Shown piece by piece: positions 1 through 11,245 of a stretch of DNA of 64,000 bases. Source of the DNA: Promethearchaeia archaeon (GTDB lineage Archaea > Asgardarchaeota > Lokiarchaeia > Sigyniarchaeales > SOKP01). The position numbers and the translations under genes are program-made. Where the stretch lies: contig JAWOFX010000078.1 in NCBI GenBank assembly GCA_046497275.1, positions 3,024 to 67,023 on the forward strand, in the 5' to 3' direction. Numbering within the stretch: the stretch's first letter is position 1; every line of letters starts with the position of its first letter. The notes beneath the pieces are model-generated. The model was not told where the DNA came from. It saw only the letters and a program-made list of their open reading frames with translations, and ran no database searches.

Positions 1-37
1 AAATATTTTAATTGGAAGTTTTTTTACGATATTATTT

Positions 38-1111
38 GTGCTTTTTACGTATCAAACAACCAGAAAGCACCGTTCCGCACCTTATCTTCTCTTATCTCTA
101 TTTTTTGGAGTTCTTGGAGCTTTTTTTGCTCTTGTAGACAGTGCTAATCTTCTCCCAAACTTCACAGCTTTTAACAGAATCTATTTAATTGTAGAATTGA
201 TGTTTTATGGCTTACAATTCTTTTTCTTCTATTTATTTGTACAGGACATTTCGAGATTACATCCGCAATTATGGAGTTTAATTCTTATGTTCGCATTTTT
301 AATTATTCAGAATATGTCAGTCTGGTTAATGGTATGGTTTTCTTCATTTTCAACCACCGCAGTTGATAATCTCTGGTTATTAGCTGATATTGGATATAAT
401 AACCTAGCTATTTTTGCTTTTTGGATTATAGGTATCCCCACGTATTATAGATTATATGATTATACGAAAGAGAAAAAAACCTTAGGTTTTATCTTTGGAT
501 TGATATTAGTGGGTGGAGGATACGTAGTTGGTTCTTTAATAGATTATATTGGATTTTTCGGTACAGTTCCCAGCTGGTTGAATGAGATTAGTATCTTAGG
601 AGAGATTTTTCCATTAGTTGGATTATTGATCTTTCTGCTAACCTATATTTTGGATGTAGATTATATTTATAGATTACCTCATGACCATTATATGTTGATG
701 GTGACCTATAAAAGTGGAGTTGCTATTCACACCGTAAAATTTGATACTAAACGGGAAGTACAAATCGAGGAGAATCTTTTTTCTGGCTTCATTTCTAGTT
801 TAACTTTTGTTTTTGATAATATTCTCCAATCTATCTCTCCAATAGAAATAATATCCAGTAAAGATGCTTCCATTCTTTTACGCTCCGGAGAAAAGATTTT
901 GGTTATTATATTAACCCAACAACCAACCTCAATCTTAGCACGTGCATTGGACAGGTATATAAAAAGATTTGAAGATAAATTTAAAGATGAATTGAAAAGA
1001 GAATCTACTGAAGTAGGAAAATTCCAAGAAGCGGAGGAACTAATTAAACCAATATTTCCCTTCTTGAAAATTAAGGATAACTTGGAGAAGAAACCTACCA
1101 GAGAAATATAA
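38..1111 (+). CDS. polytopic membrane protein with a C-terminal soluble roadblock/longin-like domain (possibly 5'-partial)
   Basis: 357-aa ORF. The first ~215 aa are successive hydrophobic segments (at least 6 TM helices by eye). The last ~140 aa are soluble, with an alternating beta/alpha pattern (YMLMVTYKSGVAIH..LFSGFISSLTFVFDNIL..KILVIILTQQ..). The frame stays open back to nt 2, so the true start may lie left of the window. Confidence 0.55.
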   Translation: MLFTYQTTRKHRSAPYLLLSLFFGVLGAFFALVDSANLLPNFTAFNRIYLIVELMFYGLQFFFFYLFVQDISRLHPQLWSLILMFAFLIIQNMSVWLMVWFSSFSTTAVDNLWLLADIGYNNLAIFAFWIIGIPTYYRLYDYTKEKKTLGFIFGLILVGGGYVVGSLIDYIGFFGTVPSWLNEISILGEIFPLVGLLIFLLTYILDVDYIYRLPHDHYMLMVTYKSGVAIHTVKFDTKREVQIEENLFSGFISSLTFVFDNILQSISPIEIISSKDASILLRSGEKILVIILTQQPTSILARALDRYIKRFEDKFKDELKRESTEVGKFQEAEELIKPIFPFLKIKDNLEKKPTREI

Positions 1112-1371
1112 TAATTGTTGGAAGAAGATTTAGCATTAAATTGATTAATCAGTATAGAGCTTTTCATTGATCCTTTTTTTATTTCTCTACATAATTTGTG
1201 TTTTCTTAACTAATGTTATAGGATTATAACAGCATATTATTTTTTCTAGTAAAAAATCGAAAAAATTAATTAATGATTGATCTTATTTACTAAATAGAAT
1301 GATCAAAGTCAATTACATAGTGTAAGGGGATAAAAATTATAGATGCAATTGATAAAAAAATATTAGAAGAA

Positions 1372-1758
1372 TTGGAAAAAGACGGACGACAATCGTATAG
1401 TGAGATTGGGGATATTGTTGGTCGCACGGAAGCTACGGTGAGACGAAGAGTGAAAAAGATGTTGAAAAAGGATATTATTCAGAAATTTACTATTGAATAT
1501 GAAGTTAATTCTAAACCAAAAGTAAGAGCAACTGTTAAGATTGAGCCGGATTACAAGAAAATCAAGACCATTATGAAAAGTTTAAAAGAAATTGAGGAGA
1601 TAACAGATATATGGAGATTATCAGGCGATTGTGGGTTATTTATTCTTGTTGAAATTCCTTCGATAGAAAAATTTAATCCATTAATTGAGGGCAAAATCTC
1701 TCAAATTGACGGAATAAAGATCATTGAAACTTGTTTTATTACTGATGTCATTAAATAA
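1372..1758 (+). CDS. Lrp/AsnC-family transcriptional regulator
   Basis: HTH segment SYSEIGDIVGRTEATVRRRVKKMLKKDII followed by a RAM-like domain (VRATVKIEP...DIWRLSGDCGLFILVE). The in-frame upstream codons 1336-1371 encode IIDAIDKKILEE, the usual N-terminal helix of the family, but contain no ATG, GTG or TTG. Confidence 0.8.
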   Translation: MEKDGRQSYSEIGDIVGRTEATVRRRVKKMLKKDIIQKFTIEYEVNSKPKVRATVKIEPDYKKIKTIMKSLKEIEEITDIWRLSGDCGLFILVEIPSIEKFNPLIEGKISQIDGIKIIETCFITDVIK

Positions 1759-1850
1759 GAATAATTCATTTGAAGCAGAAAAAAGACCCTTTTGATACCA
1801 AAAGGAGATTGTTAACTATCTTAATTTTAATACACTTATTCTCACTATTT

Positions 1851-2477
1851 TTAATTTATTCGTTTGAATATATAATCGTTTGCCGTTTTTGTATAGCCTA
1901 CTCCGTGATTATGGGCTTCCATATACTTTTCGGTTATTTCAATATTTTTCTTTGGAATAAAATAAGCATCTAAATTCCGAGTAGAAAGATTGAATTTATT
2001 ACTTCGCTTATGAATCACAGCAATAAACTCATAGTCAGGCATTATTGATGCCATACTAGCATCCCCATGACTATTATTCACTACTAAAATACCACCAATT
2101 TTTAAGTACCGTTTGCAAGCTCGGGATACAAACCCTGCGTACTGCGATATTAACAAATCAAAAGTTTTCTCTTCTAATGGAAGATTTTTAGTATAATCTC
2201 CATATTCATAAGTATAATATGGTTCTTCAGAATAAAACTTTCTTTTATTTATATATTCAAATAAGCCATCTGAATCGTAAAATGATTCCAACTTCTTATA
2301 TAAATCATTAAATATTACATATGGAAATACGAAAATTGGCGTAATATGTGCATAACTTCCGGGATATAGCACCTTTTTAATGGTAAATTCCTCATTAAGC
2401 CGCTCGAATAACCCTAGGCGTTCATCATCTTTATCAATATGATTTTTTTTGTAGAGGTTTATATCACTATCTTTCAT
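1851..2477 (-). CDS. hypothetical protein, possibly Rossmann/methyltransferase-fold
   Basis: 208-aa ORF with no competing frame. The segment FDLLISQYAGFVSRACKRYLKIGGILVV resembles the motif III/post-III region of class I methyltransferases, but I saw no clear GxGxG. Confidence 0.45.
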   Translation of the reverse strand: MKDSDINLYKKNHIDKDDERLGLFERLNEEFTIKKVLYPGSYAHITPIFVFPYVIFNDLYKKLESFYDSDGLFEYINKRKFYSEEPYYTYEYGDYTKNLPLEEKTFDLLISQYAGFVSRACKRYLKIGGILVVNNSHGDASMASIMPDYEFIAVIHKRSNKFNLSTRNLDAYFIPKKNIEITEKYMEAHNHGVGYTKTANDYIFKRIN

Positions 2478-2609
2478 TTTCTTAGGTAGAGAATCATGGA
2501 CTTATTTAAATTTTATAAGTTTTAAAATATAAATTGCGAAGTTCCAACTTGCAACATATGATTCTCATATTACACTGATTTTTGGATAGAAATTTATTTT
2601 TTTAAAACT

Positions 2610-3065
2610 ATGAAGAAAATAGCTAATGTATCAATAAATTCTGAATTTGCTGATAATTATGATTCTTGTGTGTATATGTTAAAATGTTATAAAAATAAAA
2701 GGGCTTTAGAGGAAAAGAATGGCGATTTTTTATATTATACCGATATGACTGAAGATCCTGAAACACGATTAGAAGAACATATTAAAAAGAGAGACATTTA
2801 CACAAAACGATTTAAGGGAAATATTGAAGTAAGTTACGTAGAGTTATATAAGGATCTTGTGGCTGCACAAAAAAGAAAGGAACAGCTAAAAAAGTTGAGA
2901 AGAGATGAAAAGGGATCATTAGCAAATAAAAAAATTGCTGGAATATGCGATAAGTGTAATGAGGAGATGATAAAGACGGTTATGATTGACAATAAGGGAA
3001 CAAGAAGAGAAATTCTTCAATGTACCGGTTGTAAATTTTGGAAATTCTCCCCTTTTAAGTTTTAA
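2610..3065 (+). CDS. GIY-YIG domain protein with C-terminal zinc ribbon
   Basis: CVYMLKC..GDFLYYTDMTEDPETRLEEHIKK..YVELY..AAQKRKEQLKKL follows the GIY-YIG (YhbQ/Slx1-like) pattern. The C terminus carries CDKC...CTGC (CxxC-x24-CxxC). Confidence 0.6.
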   Translation: MKKIANVSINSEFADNYDSCVYMLKCYKNKRALEEKNGDFLYYTDMTEDPETRLEEHIKKRDIYTKRFKGNIEVSYVELYKDLVAAQKRKEQLKKLRRDEKGSLANKKIAGICDKCNEEMIKTVMIDNKGTRREILQCTGCKFWKFSPFKF

Positions 3066-3169
3066 TCCTCTTTGAAATTGTTGCTTTCTTTTTTCTTTTT
3101 CAATAAATAAAATAATCTTTTTAGAAATATCTTAGAAGTTTAAGGAAAAGAGAAAAGAAAAAAATTTAA

Positions 3170-3481
3170 TTATTGATTTTCAATTTTAATCATTGGAAGA
3201 GTTAATCTCTCTTCATGGCATTTCGGACACTTGGAAGGAATCCGTATTTCTCCGCTATTTAATGAGAATTCATATCCGCAATTCATACAGACAGGGGGTT
3301 TCACATAAATTTTTTTTCCGTTTCGTTTCAAATTTCTTAAGATAAAATTAAAATCTTGGATCAATGAATTAATATCAGTATATTTCAAGTCTCTCATAAT
3401 GTCTTTTATATGATACTCTCCTTCTGAATCAATTAAGTGATCGTACAATTTTTCCCGACTGGTTTGCCATTCTTCAGACAT
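3170..3481 (-). CDS. small HTH plus zinc-ribbon protein (predicted regulator)
   Basis: 103 aa. The N-terminal half is helical. The C terminus carries CMNC...CPKC, a zinc-ribbon arrangement typical of archaeal HTH-Zn-ribbon regulators. Confidence 0.55.
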   Translation of the reverse strand: MSEEWQTSREKLYDHLIDSEGEYHIKDIMRDLKYTDINSLIQDFNFILRNLKRNGKKIYVKPPVCMNCGYEFSLNSGEIRIPSKCPKCHEERLTLPMIKIENQ

Positions 3482-3620
3482 TTTTAATATCCCTCCTTAT
3501 ATAGTGAATTTGGATTCTAGGTACGGTCTTAATATATCGATTTAAAATAATAAATCTTGTCCTTACAAAATAAAAGTGGAAAATAGTAGAATTTCAGTTA
3601 TTAGGATTTTGCAGAATTCA

Positions 3621-4082
3621 TCAGATTTGGTTCTTTGAATCAGGTTCTAGAATTGATAATAGGAACATCATAAGAGCTAAAGGAATTGCGATATAATTCC
3701 ATACAGCACCTGGAGCGATTCCAGTGGTCTCAAATGGTTTGATTAATCCAACAATAATACGCATTATATACTCAGCAATAATTAAAATATACATCAATGG
3801 TATTAAGTTTTTATAACGAAAGAAAACGATAAGATATATAATCGCCATTAAAAGCTGTGAGCTTCCCCACAAAGCAAATATCGAAATAATGATTTCCGCA
3901 CCCTCAACACCCAAATCTATGGTGGCAATTGAGCCAGCACCACCATCAGGGGCCAAAAAATGAATTAAACTCCTAATGATGGTAACAATTGTTAAAATTA
4001 AAAAAATGATTTCCGCTACTTTATAGCCTTTATAATCATTTTCTGCTTTTTCAGGAAGGATTTTACTGGTAAGTGTTGACAT
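3621..4082 (-). CDS. integral membrane protein (about 4 TM), possible membrane partner of the upstream oxidoreductase
   Basis: Hydrophobic 153-aa ORF. Same strand as the Fe-S/Mo subunit pair and about 100 nt downstream of it. Confidence 0.5.
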   Translation of the reverse strand: MSTLTSKILPEKAENDYKGYKVAEIIFLILTIVTIIRSLIHFLAPDGGAGSIATIDLGVEGAEIIISIFALWGSSQLLMAIIYLIVFFRYKNLIPLMYILIIAEYIMRIIVGLIKPFETTGIAPGAVWNYIAIPLALMMFLLSILEPDSKNQI

Positions 4083-4178
4083 TTTATTTTCTCTTGATAC
4101 ATTTTTTTATGTAACATATTCAATTTCAATTTTCTATGATTTTGATGTACTAGTTTATTGTTTTTTTTGCAGTTAAAA

Positions 4179-4757
4179 TCATAATTCTCTTTTTTCCATA
4201 GGTGGGACATAATATATTATTGGGTTTGTCCCTAAATCTTCTTTTAATCTAAATACTTCTTTTTCCGATATAATTCTTGACACTTTACTATTAGAATCAT
4301 TAAAATCTCCGAAATATATTGCTTGTCCTTCGCAACAGATCACACAGAAGGGTTCTAATCCTTGGTCAATACGATGAGCGCATAAATTGCATTTTTCTGC
4401 TAAACTTTCCTTTTCATTAAAATAGATTACACCGTATGGACATGCATCCACACAAGTTCTACAGCCATCACATAGATCATCATCAATTATTACAATACCA
4501 TCCTCTCGTTTATATATCGCGTTAACCGGACACGCTTTAAGGCAAGGAGGATTCTCACAATGATTGCATAGTTTTGGGATCCACGATATTCGCAAGTTGG
4601 GGAAGTTACCGCTTGGGACATCTTTCAAAGCAGAATCAGTTGTATCTACTATAATAAATCCTACATCTGCATTATGTTCAATCCTACATGCAACAGTACA
4701 CGCATCACATCCAATGCATCGTTCTTGATCTATTACAAAACCAAATCTTTTACTCAT
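4179..4757 (-). CDS. 4Fe-4S ferredoxin-type electron-transfer subunit (DmsB/PsrB-like) of a Mo/W-bisPGD oxidoreductase
   Basis: Four Cys clusters (CIGCDACTVAC, CNHCENPPCLKAC, CDGCRTCVDACP, CNLC...C). The start overlaps the stop of the catalytic subunit by 4 nt. Confidence 0.85.
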   Translation of the reverse strand: MSKRFGFVIDQERCIGCDACTVACRIEHNADVGFIIVDTTDSALKDVPSGNFPNLRISWIPKLCNHCENPPCLKACPVNAIYKREDGIVIIDDDLCDGCRTCVDACPYGVIYFNEKESLAEKCNLCAHRIDQGLEPFCVICCEGQAIYFGDFNDSNSKVSRIISEKEVFRLKEDLGTNPIIYYVPPMEKREL

Positions 4758-7015
4758 TTTTCTCCCTCCTCTAATTTTTGAATACCTACCGCTACATCAT
4801 TCATATGCATATTTGGCTCATAAATTTTATTTTGTACGGGGTTGATAATATCATGCGTTAGATGATTAACACTCCCTTCTCGAAATTGATCAAACCACCA
4901 CCCTTCCATTATATTAATAACTCTAGGACGAACCGCATCAGAAACTTTCGCTTTTAGAACAGTTTTTGCTCGTTCATTAAACACTGATACCATATCTCCT
5001 GAGGAAATTCCTAGTTGTTTTGCATCGTTGGGATTGATCTCAACTACTGGCTCAGGTTCTATTTTCAGTAGAGAATCTACATTTGCATAACTGGAATGGG
5101 TGCGGAATCTGCTATGTCCTTGTACGAATGTATAGGGATATTTATGTTCTCCTGATTCAATGGGAGCCTCTATTGGGGGCAAATATACGGGAAGAGCTTG
5201 TCCATCTTCTACTAGTTGTTCAGCATAAATTTCAATTTTGCCAGAAGGAGTTCCAAATGTAAGCGGAAATTCACCCCCTTCTGGAATTTCTCGTAAATAC
5301 ATTGCCTTATCCTTTAAAGCGTCTCTGGAATAATCTTTCAGAGAGGGATGATCCATCATCAAATCAATAAAACCCTCTTCACCACCCTTAAAATACTCTC
5401 CATAACCTAATTTCTGAGCTATGCCTGTGGCAATATCCACATCAGACTTTGACTCATATAATGGTTCGATAACTTTTTGTTGAAGTTGGACATATGGATA
5501 TGGATGTGGAAGAAAATCAGAAAATTCTAAAAAACTACAAACTGGTAGAACCAAATCTGCATATTTCGCATTTGGTGTCATAAATAATTCAGTTTGAACT
5601 ATAAATTCTAATTGGGGGAAAAATTCATCCCGAATTTTAGTTGAATGCGCACATTGATTTATGAAGTTGATAAACGCAAATAAGACCGCTTTTATAGGAT
5701 ATGGTTTTTCGTTAATCACTGCATCATAGAGATTTAAAATACCTAATCTATGATAACTTGGCGTCTCTGGATCAGCATTTAAAAATGGGTCCCAATTCAG
5801 AACAGCAGGTAGATAACCAGAACGGAAGCTCGTAGCGACATTGCCAGTCACACTTGCAACAGTTGCTAATCCACGTAAAGAGATGTCTCCATGGTAGGTT
5901 CTTGTAAAACCCATATACGTAAAGAATGTTACATTCTTCTCTGTACCTATCTTCTTCGCAAGAGTGATTATTTTATCTTCTGAAAGTCCAGTAAGTTGAA
6001 CAGTTTTTTCAGGTGTATATTTTTCTGCCTCCTCCATTAAAAGGTGGAATGCTGGTTTACATTCAATTCCATCAATATTGTAAGTACCTGTAATAACTGC
6101 ATCCTTATTCGATCTCCTCACTTTTTTTGCTTGATTTGACTTTTCATTCCATATGATATAGGCGTTCGCTTTCCGCTCTCCGATATCTTTACCTCGCAAA
6201 AATTTATTGTTGTCTAATCTTACTAAATAAGATCCATTTGTATGTTCCTTAATAAAATCTATATCATGTAGATTATTTTTAAAAATAATATTCAGTAAAC
6301 CAAGAGCAAGAGCCGGGTCTGTTGCAGGTTTGATGGGAAGAAATTCGTCTGCCTTCGATGCAGTCACAGTGAAACGAGGATCTATAACGACCAGTTTAGT
6401 TCCCTCTTGCTTTGCATCCAGAATTTTTCGCATGGATTGCAATGGTGCTGACTCTCCCGGATTCGTACCCCATACAATTAAGAGATTTGGCCATTTTCTT
6501 TGCCAAAACTTCCCAAAAAGATAAATATACGGTAAATGACTCCCAAAAATTACACGACTACCGCATGGAAGTCCCGCATCACCATAGCCCCAGGCACTCA
6601 CCCGTGTTGATTGAGTGAGACTTGCAAGCCTTAAATAGGCGCCGAATTTTGTGGTACCTGCTCCCGGACCTCCCAATACCCATCCAATGGATCTCCAGCC
6701 ATATTTATCCGCTATTTCTCTAAATTTAGTAGCGATAAGATTAAAGGCTTCATCCCAAGAAATCCTTTCAAATTTTCCTTCACCTCGTTTTCCAATTCGT
6801 TTCATAGGATATTTAATTCGATCTGGATGATAGGTAATATCTAAAGTAGAAAGCCCTCGAAGACATATTCGTTTATCTTTCTCATAAGGAAAATCGGCTG
6901 GTTCTAGCTTGATAACTTTTCTATCCTTTACATGGGCTAAAATTCCACAGCAGTCAATACCACAGTGTGCGGGACAGGCAGTTCTTATGATTTTAATATT
7001 CTCTTTTTCATTCAT
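4754..7015 (-). CDS. molybdopterin (bis-PGD) oxidoreductase catalytic subunit, DMSO-reductase superfamily, no Tat signal
   Basis: 753 aa. N-terminal Fe-S motif CPAHCGIDCCG. Conserved blocks include VVIDPRFT, GTNP, and a C-terminal beta-barrel (VEINPNDAKQLGISSGDMV). The protein starts directly at the Fe-S motif with no twin-arginine leader. Confidence 0.9.
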   Translation of the reverse strand: MNEKENIKIIRTACPAHCGIDCCGILAHVKDRKVIKLEPADFPYEKDKRICLRGLSTLDITYHPDRIKYPMKRIGKRGEGKFERISWDEAFNLIATKFREIADKYGWRSIGWVLGGPGAGTTKFGAYLRLASLTQSTRVSAWGYGDAGLPCGSRVIFGSHLPYIYLFGKFWQRKWPNLLIVWGTNPGESAPLQSMRKILDAKQEGTKLVVIDPRFTVTASKADEFLPIKPATDPALALGLLNIIFKNNLHDIDFIKEHTNGSYLVRLDNNKFLRGKDIGERKANAYIIWNEKSNQAKKVRRSNKDAVITGTYNIDGIECKPAFHLLMEEAEKYTPEKTVQLTGLSEDKIITLAKKIGTEKNVTFFTYMGFTRTYHGDISLRGLATVASVTGNVATSFRSGYLPAVLNWDPFLNADPETPSYHRLGILNLYDAVINEKPYPIKAVLFAFINFINQCAHSTKIRDEFFPQLEFIVQTELFMTPNAKYADLVLPVCSFLEFSDFLPHPYPYVQLQQKVIEPLYESKSDVDIATGIAQKLGYGEYFKGGEEGFIDLMMDHPSLKDYSRDALKDKAMYLREIPEGGEFPLTFGTPSGKIEIYAEQLVEDGQALPVYLPPIEAPIESGEHKYPYTFVQGHSRFRTHSSYANVDSLLKIEPEPVVEINPNDAKQLGISSGDMVSVFNERAKTVLKAKVSDAVRPRVINIMEGWWFDQFREGSVNHLTHDIINPVQNKIYEPNMHMNDVAVGIQKLEEGEK

Positions 7016-7193
7016 TCTAAATACTCTAGAATTATGATTTAAAACCTATAATAATGGATTGTAAAATAATCTTCAATAATTAAATTCTATGATTTAATTT
7101 TAATGGGGAGAGTTAAAAATATTTATTGGTTCAATGATAATTAAATGATTTTGTTTATTTATTATAGAATAAGTTCATAATGATGTCTTAATC

Positions 7194-7451
7194 TTATTCT
7201 TCCGAAGTACGCACTAATTTTTGTCCGTGTAAATCATATGCATCCGATGCCACCGCTTTTAATGCTTCCTCAATCCCCTCTCCAGTTTTTGCCGATATTT
7301 CGAACGCTCCACAAGCACCGATTCTTTTAGCGAGTATTGTTCCCTCTTCTTCTGAATAAACTCTTAATTCACCTAAATCGCATTTGTTTCCTATCAGAAT
7401 GAATAAAATCTCATTACTACTCTTTATAATAAAACAGCTTTTAGAAAACAA
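7194..7451 (-). pseudogene. 5'-truncated Ras/Rab-like small GTPase remnant (G4 and G5 only)
   Basis: The 85-aa ORF carries GNKCDL (G4, NKxD) and ISAKTGEGIEEA (G5, SAK). It has no P-loop, switch I or DxxG. All three frames upstream (7452-7620, minus strand) are full of stops. Confidence 0.6.
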
Positions 7452-7618
7452 GAATAATCTTTTTTAATAATAATTATCAATTAGTATTCAGTCTTTAATA
7501 GAAATGGTTATTGATTATATTTTATAAAATCAATGGTTAAAAATTAAACTAACCTAGTTTAACAATAATCAAAATTCTATTTAGTACTATTTTTAAAAAA
7601 ACCAAATTTAAAAGATGA

Positions 7619-9814
<2,196 letters not shown>

Positions 9815-9827
9815 TTTAATCTTAAAA

Positions 9828-9835
9828 TTTTTTTT
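9828..9835 (+). terminator. oligo-T tract after katG
   Basis: T8 run 14 nt after the katG stop. Archaeal termination commonly uses oligo-T. Confidence 0.3.
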
Positions 9836-9863
9836 ATTTTTAATTAGAAATATTGTAAAAATA

Positions 9864-10307
9864 ATGACGCCTGCAGATAAATTGGAAAAGAAGAAAATAG
9901 AAGTTTCTTCTAAAGAATCAAAGATATCTAAGAGTAAAGTTAAAAGAGTATTATATTATATAGCAGGAACTTTTTTTTTATCCTTAGGGATTATCGGCAT
10001 TATTTTACCCATTCTTCCGACCACACCATTTCTCTTATTATCCGCTGCTTGTTATGTACGAAGTTCAGAAAAAGCCTATAATTGGCTAATTCATAATAAA
10101 ATATTCGGTAAAATTATCCGAGATTATAGAGAAGGAAGGGGATTGCCTACAAAAATTAAGGTAATAACGATTATATTTTTATGGATAACAATTTTCATTT
10201 CAATTCTATTTATCACTATATTTTGGGTTCAAATATTATTAATCATCATTGCGAGTCTCGTCTCAATCCATATAGTTCTTATAAAACCAAAATCTCAGCA
10301 AAAATAA
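9864..10307 (+). CDS. DUF454/YbaN-family inner membrane protein
   Basis: LPILPTTPFLLLSAACYVRSSEKAYNWLIHNKIFGKIIRDYREGRG matches the YbaN family signature, with flanking TM helices. Confidence 0.8.
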   Translation: MTPADKLEKKKIEVSSKESKISKSKVKRVLYYIAGTFFLSLGIIGIILPILPTTPFLLLSAACYVRSSEKAYNWLIHNKIFGKIIRDYREGRGLPTKIKVITIIFLWITIFISILFITIFWVQILLIIIASLVSIHIVLIKPKSQQK

Positions 10308-10667
10308 GAAACTCTTTCTGGAAAAACTATTATTGTATCTTCAATGGTATGCTAAGAATTTCGTGTTATTTATTGTTTCAGACAAGTAGGATTCCAATAT
10401 CGAATAATTTTACAATTGTAATAATATTGATATAGACTTTAGTCCTCAAACAATAAAAAAATATTTTTCTTAGAGTGGTTAAGAGTTTCGAGTTCTTTCT
10501 TCAATTAAAGTTTTTACATGCTCTGCAAATCGCTTCTCTATATTTCCGTTCCAAAATTTTTCTTAGTATGGGAATTCATGATAAAATGAACTTTATTGAT
10601 TAAACAGAGAGGGTAGTTTATAAATGAAATTATTTAAAAATGAAATCTATAAAAAAAAATAACACAA

Positions 10668-10739
10668 GTAGTGAGAAAATTAGTATTTCTTACCAGACTT
10701 ATTCTGGTCTGAAAAACCCAATTCAAAACAACTCACTAC
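10668..10739. repeat. copy A of a ~72-nt structured element (candidate small RNA, probably minus strand)
   Basis: The termini GTAGTGAG...CTCACTAC are perfect 8-nt reverse complements. Internal hairpin ACCAGA-CTTAT-TCTGGT. An A9 run lies immediately to the left, which is T9 on the minus strand. Confidence 0.5.
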
Positions 10740-10847
10740 CCTAAACCCAAATTTATACCAAAAAGGTACAGATTTCTGTTATAATAATCGTGAAATTTAT
10801 CACATTTAAATTTAAGTGATGTAATAGTTTTTAAGAATGAGAAACAT

Positions 10848-10921
10848 GTAGTGAAAATAAAATAGTATTCTTACCAGACTTGCTCCGGTCCGAATTACTC
10901 AATTCACGGTTAAAACACTAC
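10848..10921. repeat. copy B of the same element
   Basis: Termini GTAGTG...CACTAC. Shares the core TAGTATT..CTTACCAGACTT..GGTC..CAATTCA with copy A. The hairpin arm TCCGGT gives an A-C mismatch on the plus strand but a G-U pair on the minus strand. Confidence 0.5.
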
Positions 10922-11245
10922 AAAAACCAAAAAATCCGTATCAAAAAATTACACGGATTTACTTATTATTAAAATGTGATTCAAACCTTTTAAATTTAAA
11001 CTATATAGATTATAGAAATTTTTATAGTTTACTTTCAGATCTAAAGAATTCTGTAAAATATCCTCATAAAGGTAGAGGTGAATCCAAATCATCAATTTAT
11101 GAAGCTTCCTACTTTATGAAATCCAATTGATAGATAAACCAATGACAATATATTCTACTATCAATTTAAGAGCCGGTTTCTTTCGCCCATTTTTTTGGTC
11201 TTACAAAATGGATAATCTAAAAATCAGTTTATAATAAAAAAAATT

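Noticed and set aside
1770-1973. 67-aa plus-strand ORF after the Lrp gene
   Set aside because: It overlaps the 3' end of the convergent 208-aa gene. Its hydrophobic, AT-driven sequence has no start context.
4016-4210. 64-aa minus-strand ORF bridging the Fe-S subunit gene and the membrane protein gene
   Set aside because: It overlaps both better-supported neighbours, is Lys/Asn-rich and low-complexity, and is probably just the intergenic region read through.
6330-6618. Plus-strand ORFs 6330..6524 and 6412..6618
   Set aside because: They are antisense to the 753-aa molybdopterin subunit, whose frame is supported by conserved blocks along its length. The plus-strand translations are low-complexity.
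10181-10435. 84-aa ORF overlapping the 3' end of the ybaN-like gene
   Set aside because: It is out of frame with a well-supported gene and runs into a non-coding AT-rich spacer. Its composition is AT-driven.
10668-10921. Reading the two 72-nt elements as tRNA genes or C/D-box sRNAs
   Set aside because: The 7-8 bp terminal stem looks like an acceptor stem. However, there is no D-arm or T-arm (no GTTC-like loop), and the central hairpin loop lacks U33 and a sensible anticodon context. I found no RUGAUGA C box, and no CUGA D box next to the terminal stem on either strand.
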